From Arcobacter sp. LC1 (lineage in GTDB: Bacteria; Campylobacterota; Campylobacteria; Campylobacterales; Arcobacteraceae): a stretch of 64,000 nt of DNA. Shown piece after piece: positions 9,612 through 17,683 of this stretch; position 1 is the first letter of the stretch; every line of letters starts with the position of its first letter. The notes beneath the pieces were generated by a model. The model searched no databases and had not been told where the DNA came from. It saw only the letters and a list, made by a program, of their open reading frames with translations. The position numbers and the translations under genes are program-made. The stretch lies in the NCBI GenBank assembly GCA_021378565.1, contig JAACJU010000010.1, forward strand, positions 3,627-67,626, read 5' to 3'.

Positions 9612-10451
9612 TTATTTTATACTGTCAACATTACCATAAGTATAATTTTTCCCTAATTTAAAAGAGTCATATGGCCTTGCTAATAATATATTAATATCTT
9701 TTTTAAAATATTCTAATGTTTCTTCAAATGCACTTTTGCCTTTAATAATCATTATTTCTTTTTCGCCTAAAGTAATTCTTTTCAAAATATTCTTACTTTC
9801 TAAAATATTTTGAAATCCAATATCAACACTTGGAATAACAGTATCGTATAGGGTAAAAAGATTATATGTTTCTTCTGTGATTATATCACCATTAATAATT
9901 TTACCTGTAAACTCTTTTTCATACCGGTAAGGCACATTAGCAATAGCTTCAACATAATGCAAAAAGGTAAAACATTCAGTGGGTTTTGCACCAAAAAATA
10001 AAAACATATTATCGTCACTTTCTGATAGTATCTCAAAAGAACTTCCTTTTCCACAAGATAATTTGGATAGATTATTAAATTTTTCAGGTACTTCGCCTAC
10101 AACACATACGGAAAGTAACGGATCTATAGTTCTAAAAGTGCCTTCTTTTTTTCTTACATATTCATTTAATACCCCCATTCTGGTTTTTGAATTTTTAATA
10201 TCATAATACTTATTATTACAAAAACTAAAAGTATATGTTGGAAAGATAAGCGTTTTAACTTCTAAAGCCTTTATCGCTTCATACAATTTAGCAATAAAGT
10301 CTTTTCTTTTTAGCAAAGGTTTGCCAAAACCTATATCGGTATGAATATATAATATTTTTGCCTTATGTGCATTTAACTCTTTTAAGGATGATATTACATT
10401 TTCTAAAGTATAAATAATACCTTTTGTATCTTTAAATAGCTCTATCTTCAT
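9612..10451 (-). CDS. AAC(3)-fold (aminoglycoside 3-N-acetyltransferase family) acyltransferase
   Basis: KILYIHTDIGFGKP...VKTLIFPTYTF parallels the (L)LVHSSLS...GTLxMPT pattern of the Antibiotic_NAT family. The genomic context suggests a sugar N-acyltransferase. Confidence 0.55.
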   Translation of the reverse strand: MKIELFKDTKGIIYTLENVISSLKELNAHKAKILYIHTDIGFGKPLLKRKDFIAKLYEAIKALEVKTLIFPTYTFSFCNNKYYDIKNSKTRMGVLNEYVRKKEGTFRTIDPLLSVCVVGEVPEKFNNLSKLSCGKGSSFEILSESDDNMFLFFGAKPTECFTFLHYVEAIANVPYRYEKEFTGKIINGDIITEETYNLFTLYDTVIPSVDIGFQNILESKNILKRITLGEKEIMIIKGKSAFEETLEYFKKDINILLARPYDSFKLGKNYTYGNVDSIK

Positions 10452-11200
10452 TAAAATATTCCCCCATCTATATAATAACTTTCACCTATAATATATTTTG
10501 CACTATCACTCATTAAAAACATAACCATATTTGATACTTCTCTTGGGCTTAGGTTTTTAGACACAGAACTATCATCTATTTCTTCAGTATTAGGTTTTAA
10601 TAATTTATATTTTTCAGTATCTAATGACATCTTAGTTAAAACACTACCTACTAAAACACTGTTGATTCTTATTTTTCTTTTAAAAAGTTCAAGAGATAGC
10701 GTTTTAGACATACCTTCTCCTGCATTTTTACTAGCAATATATACTGCTTGCGCTTTTTTTGGCACTTTAGTTAGCATTGCAGAAAGATAGACTATAGAGG
10801 TATTATCATTTGAAAATGTTTTTTTACTTAAATGTTTTATGATTTCTAAATATGAATAGGTATTTACTTTCATTACTTTTTCAAAATTATTATAATTAAT
10901 AACTTTTAAGGGATAAATTCCGACATTTCCCGCGCAATGAACATATCCATTAAATTTCGTATCATCATAATCTAAAAGATTTTTAACTAAGTCAAATAAC
11001 CCATCTATATTTTCTAAATCATAAGACATATATCTATGTCCTTTTCCTTCCATAAGTGAGATTGTTTCTTTTAATCTTTCTTCATCTCTTGCAAGTAAAA
11101 CAACTTTTGCACCAAGTTCACTTAGATGAATGGATATTTCTCTTCCTATTCCTGAACTAGCACCAGTTACTAATATTTTTTTTCCTTCAAAAGAAATCAT
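10451..11200 (-). CDS. SDR-family oxidoreductase (FabG-like 3-oxoacyl reductase), copy 1
   Basis: KILVTGASSGIGREI (TGxxxGxG) and YIASKNAGEG (YxxxK). Confidence 0.8.
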   Translation of the reverse strand: MISFEGKKILVTGASSGIGREISIHLSELGAKVVLLARDEERLKETISLMEGKGHRYMSYDLENIDGLFDLVKNLLDYDDTKFNGYVHCAGNVGIYPLKVINYNNFEKVMKVNTYSYLEIIKHLSKKTFSNDNTSIVYLSAMLTKVPKKAQAVYIASKNAGEGMSKTLSLELFKRKIRINSVLVGSVLTKMSLDTEKYKLLKPNTEEIDDSSVSKNLSPREVSNMVMFLMSDSAKYIIGESYYIDGGIF

Positions 11201-11937
11201 GATAAATATCCTCTTACATCAAAGCACCTTCCATATACTCCACTTGAATATTCACTTAGTAAAAAAGCAACTTGCTCTGCAATATTTTCAGGGTCTATTG
11301 GGCCTGTTCTCATCTTATTTATTGTATCTTTTATTCCTGAAGATAAATCATCTTCATTTACATCTTCAGAAGATACAATCGCAGGACGAATTGCGTTTAC
11401 TCTTATTCCTTTAGAATAAAGTTCTTTTCCCATAACAATTATGCTACTATCAATCGCACCCTTGCTAGCAGAATACGCCAGTTGCCCTTTATCTCCATTA
11501 ATTGCAGCATAAGAAGATAAAACAACAATACTTCCTTTTCCCGAAATTTTCTTATTTGCGTAGCATCTTACCATCTCTGCAAAAGCATAATAATTTACAA
11601 GCATAATATCATGGAGAAAACTATAAGTTGTATTTTTTATTGGATGAATAGGAATAATGCCTGCACTATATACTAATCCTGCTAATTTTTGATTATCTAT
11701 TTCTAAAATAGATTTCATAAAATCCATAATCTTATCTACTTCTTTTACATCAAAAACCAATGAATAGTGTCCCTTGCCCTCAAGCTCACAAAGAGTCTCT
11801 TTAAGTTTTTTTTCATCTCTTCCGCTTATTACTACTTTTGCACCTAATTTACTTAGCTTAATAGCTATTTTTTTGCCTATATTACCACTAGCACCCATTA
11901 CAAGTATCTTTTTATTATTTAGCTCAAGCATTTGCAT
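11197..11937 (-). CDS. SDR-family oxidoreductase (FabG-like), copy 2
   Basis: KILVMGASGNIGKKI and YSASKGAIDS motifs. The ORF-track start at 11961 lies inside the upstream FabH gene. Internal ATGs at 11937 or 11931 (MQMLELNNKK...) give the usual short stop/start overlap. Confidence 0.75.
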   Translation of the reverse strand: MQMLELNNKKILVMGASGNIGKKIAIKLSKLGAKVVISGRDEKKLKETLCELEGKGHYSLVFDVKEVDKIMDFMKSILEIDNQKLAGLVYSAGIIPIHPIKNTTYSFLHDIMLVNYYAFAEMVRCYANKKISGKGSIVVLSSYAAINGDKGQLAYSASKGAIDSSIIVMGKELYSKGIRVNAIRPAIVSSEDVNEDDLSSGIKDTINKMRTGPIDPENIAEQVAFLLSEYSSGVYGRCFDVRGYLS

Positions 11938-12994
11938 TTTCCACTTTTGATCTACCTTCATCCCAAGTAATATCTGTAGAAATAATAGGAAAAATATCTT
12001 TTGGACTTACGAGTGCATCTGCAATACCTAACGATAATCCGATTCCAAAACCTGCCATAATCAATGAAACTTCTTTATCACTATTATTTTCTTTATAAAA
12101 ATCACACATAACATTTGGTATTGTTGCAGAAGATGTATTCCCATAAACGCCCAAAGAAAAAGGCACTTTATTTTTATCAGCTTTTATTTTTTTAATAATA
12201 ACATCAAGCATTGATTTATTTGCTTGGTGCAATAAAATTGCATCATAATTATCAATACTTAAATCAAATGATTTTAAAAAAGATTTAAATAATCTAGGTA
12301 CTTTTGTGATGCTAAATGTAAAAATAGCTAAGCCATCCATATGAATAGCAGGATCAAAGCTTGGATGTCCTGTATAAGCATACCTAAGTCCAGTAGTTGC
12401 ACCCAAAGCTTTAAATCCACTTCCGATAGTTCGCAAATCAAATCTAAAACCTGGCGCATTTTTTTCGTATTCGATTAATGTAGCAGAACCGCAGTCACCA
12501 AATAGCAAATCATTCAAAGTTGGTTTAGCACTTATACCATTCACAGTATCACCAACCAAAAGTAAAACTTTTTTCATAAATCCACTTTGCAATTTACTTG
12601 CAGCAAGTTGTAGTCCATAAACATAGCCTGAACAACCAAGATTTACATCATACGCCATGCAGTTTTCTGATAATCCTAGCCTATATTGCAAAGTGCCTGA
12701 AGTTGTAGGAGCGCCATAATCTGGTGTTTGAGAAATAAAGATTATTGCATCAATACTTTCTCTAATAATATTTTTTTTTCTAAAAATCTCTTCACTTGCT
12801 TCAAAGCATAAATCTGACGTCATTGTTTTTCTATTTTTACTATAAAACTTTTGATGTACACCTGCTTCTTTTACGAACCTCTGTATAGACTCTTTATTAA
12901 GATATTTATAAAAATCCTCTGCTGTTAATTTATCTTTGGGTACAGCGCAACAAACAGCTGAAATTTTTACATTTTTTATATGATCAATAGCCAT
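11924..12994 (-). CDS. 3-oxoacyl-ACP synthase III (FabH-like KAS III), copy 2
   Basis: DVNLGCSGYVYGLQLA, LLHQANKSMLD and YGNTSSATIP give the catalytic Cys/His/Asn contexts. Confidence 0.8.
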   Translation of the reverse strand: MAIDHIKNVKISAVCCAVPKDKLTAEDFYKYLNKESIQRFVKEAGVHQKFYSKNRKTMTSDLCFEASEEIFRKKNIIRESIDAIIFISQTPDYGAPTTSGTLQYRLGLSENCMAYDVNLGCSGYVYGLQLAASKLQSGFMKKVLLLVGDTVNGISAKPTLNDLLFGDCGSATLIEYEKNAPGFRFDLRTIGSGFKALGATTGLRYAYTGHPSFDPAIHMDGLAIFTFSITKVPRLFKSFLKSFDLSIDNYDAILLHQANKSMLDVIIKKIKADKNKVPFSLGVYGNTSSATIPNVMCDFYKENNSDKEVSLIMAGFGIGLSLGIADALVSPKDIFPIISTDITWDEGRSKVENANA

Positions 12995-12996
12995 CT

Positions 12997-13215
12997 TTAT
13001 TTCATTGTATTTAAAATATCTTGTACTGTTTTAAACTCTTTTATGTCTGCTGGATTGGCAATAACACCAAATTCTTCATCCATCATTACTACATATGATA
13101 TAGCAGCCAAAGAATCCCATTCTTCTAAATCATCAAGTACTGTTTCTTTTGTAAATTCATTTAATCCTAACTCAAAAAGTTCAGCTAATAATTCCATCTT
13201 TTTGTTTAAATCCAT
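12997..13215 (-). CDS. acyl carrier protein
   Basis: 72 aa, acidic, with the Ser context LEEWDSLAAISYV (DSL motif). Lies immediately upstream of FabH copy 2. Confidence 0.75.
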   Translation of the reverse strand: MDLNKKMELLAELFELGLNEFTKETVLDDLEEWDSLAAISYVVMMDEEFGVIANPADIKEFKTVQDILNTMK

Positions 13216-13528
13216 TTTATTGTCCTTAAAATATATACTGCTAATACTATCAAAATAAATATTAATAATTACTCAAGTTTATAGTTTTATGAGTTATTAG
13301 AACTAAAAAATATTAATCTTTAAGCTGATACATATATATTTACAAAAATCAAAATAATTTATAGCTGAATATAATTAAGTATAAATTCATCTGTAATATA
13401 TTTATCGCTTCTACTAAGCTTCAATAACATTATAATTTTTTAATATATAATGCTTAGCTATATTTATTATCCTACTATTTTATTTTTGCTAATAATTTTA
13501 TTATTTATTTTTTCATATTTTTTAAATT

Positions 13529-14902
13529 TCATTGTCTCAATATTAAGATATAGTTTTTAAGCCCATCTGCTTTGTATCCAACTCCTATATCAAGTTTTTT
13601 AGCTATTTTGTTGTCATCATCAATCCAAGCAGTACATCTTTTATTCTCAAGAGGCAAGCCAGAGATTAAGTAATATCCTATAGAACGACCTCTATAATCA
13701 GGATGAACACAAGTTAATCTCAAATAGTATGTATCTTTTGCTCCTTTTTTTTCATATATAGCTATGCCAGCTATTTCATTATCTTGCTTGATAATGAAAA
13801 TTTCTTCTTTTCCAATTAAAGTATTTAAATCAGAAATAGATGGTACATAATCAACTAAAACATCGAAAGTATTATCTATCATTTTTTTGATATCTTCAAT
13901 ATCTTGAACCTTAGCAAATTCAATTATTTCAAACTTCTTTGATTTCTTATCAGCACTATATCGCGAATAAACTTTATATGGTGAAAATCCTATGTTATTA
14001 TACAATGACTTGTCTAGACTTTTTCTAGAAGCAACTTCAAGAATAATAGTTTTTTTGTGCATTTGGAAAAAATCATTTAAATCATTTATTGCCTTATAAT
14101 CACTTAAAAAATAATAAAATCTATAAAATTCTTCTTCTTTTTTTAAAATAAAAATACTATTTTCTCTGACAAAAAAATAACAATTTTCAATAAGATTAAG
14201 AAAATCTTTATAATTAACGAAACAATTAGTATATTTGCATCTATTTTTAAATATTTTTATAGCTTGTTCTTTTGCATTTAATTTATCTTCTAATCTAAAA
14301 TTATTGTAATGTCCTGCAAAAACTTGAATTGAATCCTTAAGACTATTTAAATAAGGCATAGTGATATTTAAATAGTCTTTTTTCTTTGTCCCTGGACCTT
14401 TCAGCGAAGTCTCACAAGATTCAAATAAAGAATCACCTGCAAATAAAAAATCTTCTACTAAAATACAAGAACTTCCTGCTGAATGACCTGGTGTATGCTT
14501 AAAAAAGAACTTATACCCTTGCCAAAATAATTCATACGTATCATCAAATGTAATATTAGCAGGTTTAACTGTAATCTCACTTATTGGTGAGTTTAATTTT
14601 TTGTTCATAAAGTCAAGTATAATATTAGAAAATTTAGATAAATTTTTAGATGATGATTGAATATTTTCACTTGTAAATTTTTGACTTATTAATTGTGCAT
14701 CATATTTTAGTCTTAATTCATCAACTGCCATAATATGGTCAAAGTGTTCATGTGTTAATAAAATATAATCAAGCTTATCATTTCCTAGTGCTTTTAATAT
14801 TTCTTTATAATTGTTTGGATCAATAACGATAGCGTGATTATTGTGTTGTAAAACATAAGAATTTATGCCAATATCATTTTTATTGCAAGTTGTTATTTTC
14901 AC
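13529..14902 (-). CDS. fusion protein: N-terminal metallo-beta-lactamase-fold hydrolase + C-terminal GNAT N-acetyltransferase (PseH-like position)
   Basis: HxHxDH motif LLTHEHFDHI at the N-terminus. The C-terminal part has CVHPDYRGRSIGYYLI, a GNAT acetyl-CoA loop (R/Q-x-x-G-x-G/A type). Confidence 0.7.
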   Translation of the reverse strand: MKITTCNKNDIGINSYVLQHNNHAIVIDPNNYKEILKALGNDKLDYILLTHEHFDHIMAVDELRLKYDAQLISQKFTSENIQSSSKNLSKFSNIILDFMNKKLNSPISEITVKPANITFDDTYELFWQGYKFFFKHTPGHSAGSSCILVEDFLFAGDSLFESCETSLKGPGTKKKDYLNITMPYLNSLKDSIQVFAGHYNNFRLEDKLNAKEQAIKIFKNRCKYTNCFVNYKDFLNLIENCYFFVRENSIFILKKEEEFYRFYYFLSDYKAINDLNDFFQMHKKTIILEVASRKSLDKSLYNNIGFSPYKVYSRYSADKKSKKFEIIEFAKVQDIEDIKKMIDNTFDVLVDYVPSISDLNTLIGKEEIFIIKQDNEIAGIAIYEKKGAKDTYYLRLTCVHPDYRGRSIGYYLISGLPLENKRCTAWIDDDNKIAKKLDIGVGYKADGLKNYILILRQ

Positions 14903-14914
14903 AAGATTCCCTTT

Positions 14915-15961
14915 TTATTTAAAATGATTCCATTCTAATATTTCATTTTTGTTTATATTTTTTCTTAATTTCATTCCTAAAATTTTATCTCTATCAAAAG
15001 GAGAAATCCCATATCCAGGTCTTAACATCTCAATATCTTCTTTTTTTATAATATCACCGATTTTGAGTTTTTTATTAATATGAAGTGACCTTGTAGCCCA
15101 ATGTTTATCTAAAGATTCACAATCAGTTACTCTTTTTTTTGAATTACCATAAGCTGATTCTAGATTTCTTATTTCTGTAACAAGATTTTTCATATCATTA
15201 GGATCCATGCTAAACCAATGATCTGGCCCTTCTAAATTTTTATCAATAGTAAAATGCTTTTCTATTATTTTAGCACCAAGTCCAATAGCTCCAAGAGATG
15301 CTGTAATGCCCATAGAATGATCTGAAAAACCTATAACACAATCAGGATACATCTGTTTAAGAGTTTTAATAATATTTAAATTCATATTTTTTATCTCTGG
15401 AGGATAAATTGCAATACAATGCAATAAGCAAAGCTCTTTTGTGCCATTTTTTCTTAATAAATTTATGGCTAAATCTAAATCACCAATCGTAGATTTTCCA
15501 GTCGATAAAATAACTGGTTTTTTTGTTTGCCCTATCGCCTCTAACATATCAACATAATTCACATCAGATGAGGCTATTTTATAAATTGGGTTATCAAGTT
15601 TTTCCAAAAAACTAACACCATCTAAACTAAATGGAGTTGAAAAACAAATAAGATTTTTACTTTTTGCATAACCATAAATTTCTTGATGAAATTCTCTTTT
15701 TAATGTTACTTTATCAAACATTTCTTCAAGTGTTTCGCAGACCTCATTTCCTTTTTTGCCATATTTGATTAAGTCATTTTTATTTGATATTAATTCATCG
15801 CTAGTATAAGTTTGAAACTTGACAGCATCTACTCCACATTCGTAAGCAGCATCAATAGATTTTTTAGCTAATTCTAGATTACCATTGTGATTAGCTCCAA
15901 TTTCAGCAACAATAAAAGCAGGCATATTATCTGAAATTATTTTATTTCCTATTTTAAACAT
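14915..15961 (-). CDS. nonulosonic acid synthase (NeuB/PseI/LegI family; PseI-like by context)
   Basis: FIVAEIGANHNGNLELAKKSIDAAYECGVDAVKFQ is the NeuB-family N-terminal signature. The C-terminal segment is SAF-domain-like. Confidence 0.85.
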   Translation of the reverse strand: MFKIGNKIISDNMPAFIVAEIGANHNGNLELAKKSIDAAYECGVDAVKFQTYTSDELISNKNDLIKYGKKGNEVCETLEEMFDKVTLKREFHQEIYGYAKSKNLICFSTPFSLDGVSFLEKLDNPIYKIASSDVNYVDMLEAIGQTKKPVILSTGKSTIGDLDLAINLLRKNGTKELCLLHCIAIYPPEIKNMNLNIIKTLKQMYPDCVIGFSDHSMGITASLGAIGLGAKIIEKHFTIDKNLEGPDHWFSMDPNDMKNLVTEIRNLESAYGNSKKRVTDCESLDKHWATRSLHINKKLKIGDIIKKEDIEMLRPGYGISPFDRDKILGMKLRKNINKNEILEWNHFK

Positions 15962-15969
15962 ACTATCTC

Positions 15970-16935
15970 CTATATTTCTATTTTATCAAGTATATTCTCA
16001 ATATTTTTTAAAGAACTACCATCAATTATTTTATAAGCATTTTTACATATATCATTGATTTTATCTAAATCTAACTTTAACATATTTTGATAAGCATTTT
16101 TAATGTCACCTAAATCATTAATCATATTTTTTTCTCCAAAACTTTTTACTATGTATTCTAAGTATTTCCACCTTACAGCAGAAACTGGCACACCTAGACA
16201 CATTGCCTCATAAGTTATCATACCACCAAGAGTGACAACTAAATCACTTGCTAATATTAAATCAACCATATTTACAGGACTATCTAAATATTTTACATTT
16301 TTTTTATATATACTTTTTATATATACTTTTCTTTTTTCTTCCATAGCGGGACCCAGTATTATTGTATAGAAATATTCATTATCTTTTATATTTTCTGAGA
16401 AAAATTCTGTATAAAATGCAGGATCAGCACCTCCAAAACATATTAAGATATTTTTAACTTTACTAATTGGCACATAAGTTTTTTTTCTATTTTTAACTAC
16501 ATTTTCAGGAACTATATAATATTCAAAACCTCTTATAATATCGATTTTATCATTTTTATAAACATAATCAAAACTATCTGATATGATTAATAAATCAGGT
16601 TCAAAACCTAATTCTAGGCCATTTAAGTGAATAATTTTTCTAATTCCAAATTTTCTTAATCTATTGCTTAACATTTTATCAGCATCTAATAAATCACAAA
16701 TATATATATCGCAATTATATTTTTTAATTATTTTAAGCGAATCTTCTAAACTATCAGATCTTTTAATATTATTTTTTTTATACTTGCAAAAAAGATCTTC
16801 CGTACATTCAAAAATTCCAAGAACTTCTCTTTTTTTTTCTAGATAAGAAATCAATTCATAAGATCTTGATAGGTTACCAATTCCTATATTTTTATTTCCC
16901 CTAGCATGAATTATAACCATTTTAGTGTTCTCCAT
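15970..16935 (-). CDS. PseG-like UDP-sugar hydrolase / GT28-type protein
   Basis: The N-terminus VIIHARGNKNIGIGNLSRS parallels the RxDSSxxIGxGHxxR motif of PseG/SpsG. C-terminal GT-B half: ILICFGGADP... Adjacent to the synthase gene. Confidence 0.6.
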   Translation of the reverse strand: MENTKMVIIHARGNKNIGIGNLSRSYELISYLEKKREVLGIFECTEDLFCKYKKNNIKRSDSLEDSLKIIKKYNCDIYICDLLDADKMLSNRLRKFGIRKIIHLNGLELGFEPDLLIISDSFDYVYKNDKIDIIRGFEYYIVPENVVKNRKKTYVPISKVKNILICFGGADPAFYTEFFSENIKDNEYFYTIILGPAMEEKRKVYIKSIYKKNVKYLDSPVNMVDLILASDLVVTLGGMITYEAMCLGVPVSAVRWKYLEYIVKSFGEKNMINDLGDIKNAYQNMLKLDLDKINDICKNAYKIIDGSSLKNIENILDKIEI

Positions 16936-17332
16936 TATAGCTATTAAAAAAGATTTTTAAAATATGTTTTATATTTTTAATTAAAAATTTTGTTAGTTAT
17001 GGCTTGTTAGATAGTGCATTATAATAGTATAAATTATGCTTTTATAATCGTATATGCAATAGATTTATTTTCAGCACCATATTTTAAAGATTTAAAGAAA
17101 TATTGCCAACTCATAACTAAGCCTTAACTGAAATAAAATTTTAGTATATTTGTAATTTTATCTAATATTGCATGGATTAGAGCTTATATTTTAGATAAAT
17201 AAGTATTTAATATTTTTTCAATTAAAAGGAATAAAAGTCAAAATAAATTTTAAAAGATTATTCACTTTTTATCTATAAATTTCATATAGTTTTGATTCAG
17301 TGAATATAACCTTTTCTTAAAGAATATTTCAC

Positions 17333-17338
17333 TATAAT
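17333..17338 (+). promoter_or_regulatory. candidate -10 box (TATAAT) of the fez-like operon
   Basis: TATAAT lies 31 nt upstream of the GTG start at 17369. An AAGGAAG ribosome-binding site is at 17356-17362. Confidence 0.4.
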
Positions 17339-17368
17339 TAAATTTGAAAATTTAAAAGGAAGCCTCAA

Positions 17369-17683
17369 GTGTTAGAAATTTCTAAACTAGATGAATTAAG
17401 GTCTTATTTTACTTTAATCCATCATACAAAAGGAAGACTTAGGCTAAGAATAAGTTCTAAGATAAAAAGTGAAAAGCAAAATTTAAAACTTGAAGATATT
17501 GATTCTCTTGTTCTAAAGATTAATGGTATCAAAAGTTTAAAAATCAATGAATTAATCGGTTCGCTTACAATACAATATGATAATGATATTTTTCCAAAAA
17601 ATTTATGGGATGACTTATTAGAGGGTAAAAATTTAGAAAAAATTTGCCAAATAATTAATAAAATAATTAAGGAGTTAGAATAA
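17369..17683 (+). CDS. small soluble HMA-like domain protein (HHTKGRLRLRI motif), first gene of the fez-like operon
   Basis: GTG start with an RBS. The motif HHTKGRLRLR...INGIKSLKINELIGSLTIQYD resembles the N-terminal ferredoxin-like domains found on some P1B ATPases. Its stop abuts the next ATG (TAA ATG). Confidence 0.55.
   Translation: MLEISKLDELRSYFTLIHHTKGRLRLRISSKIKSEKQNLKLEDIDSLVLKINGIKSLKINELIGSLTIQYDNDIFPKNLWDDLLEGKNLEKICQIINKIIKELE

Noticed and set aside
7880-13258. Plus-strand ORFs opposite the glycan genes (7880-8089, 9979-10206, 11130-11414, 12980-13258, and also 16664-16846)
   Set aside because: They are antisense shadows of well-supported minus-strand genes. They have Ser/Leu/Ile-rich low-complexity translations and no RBS.
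17256-17273. Possible Fur box GATTATTCACTTTTTATC upstream of the fez-like operon
   Set aside because: It matches the 19-bp Fur consensus only loosely, and in this AT-rich DNA such matches are expected by chance. It is mentioned only as something to test.
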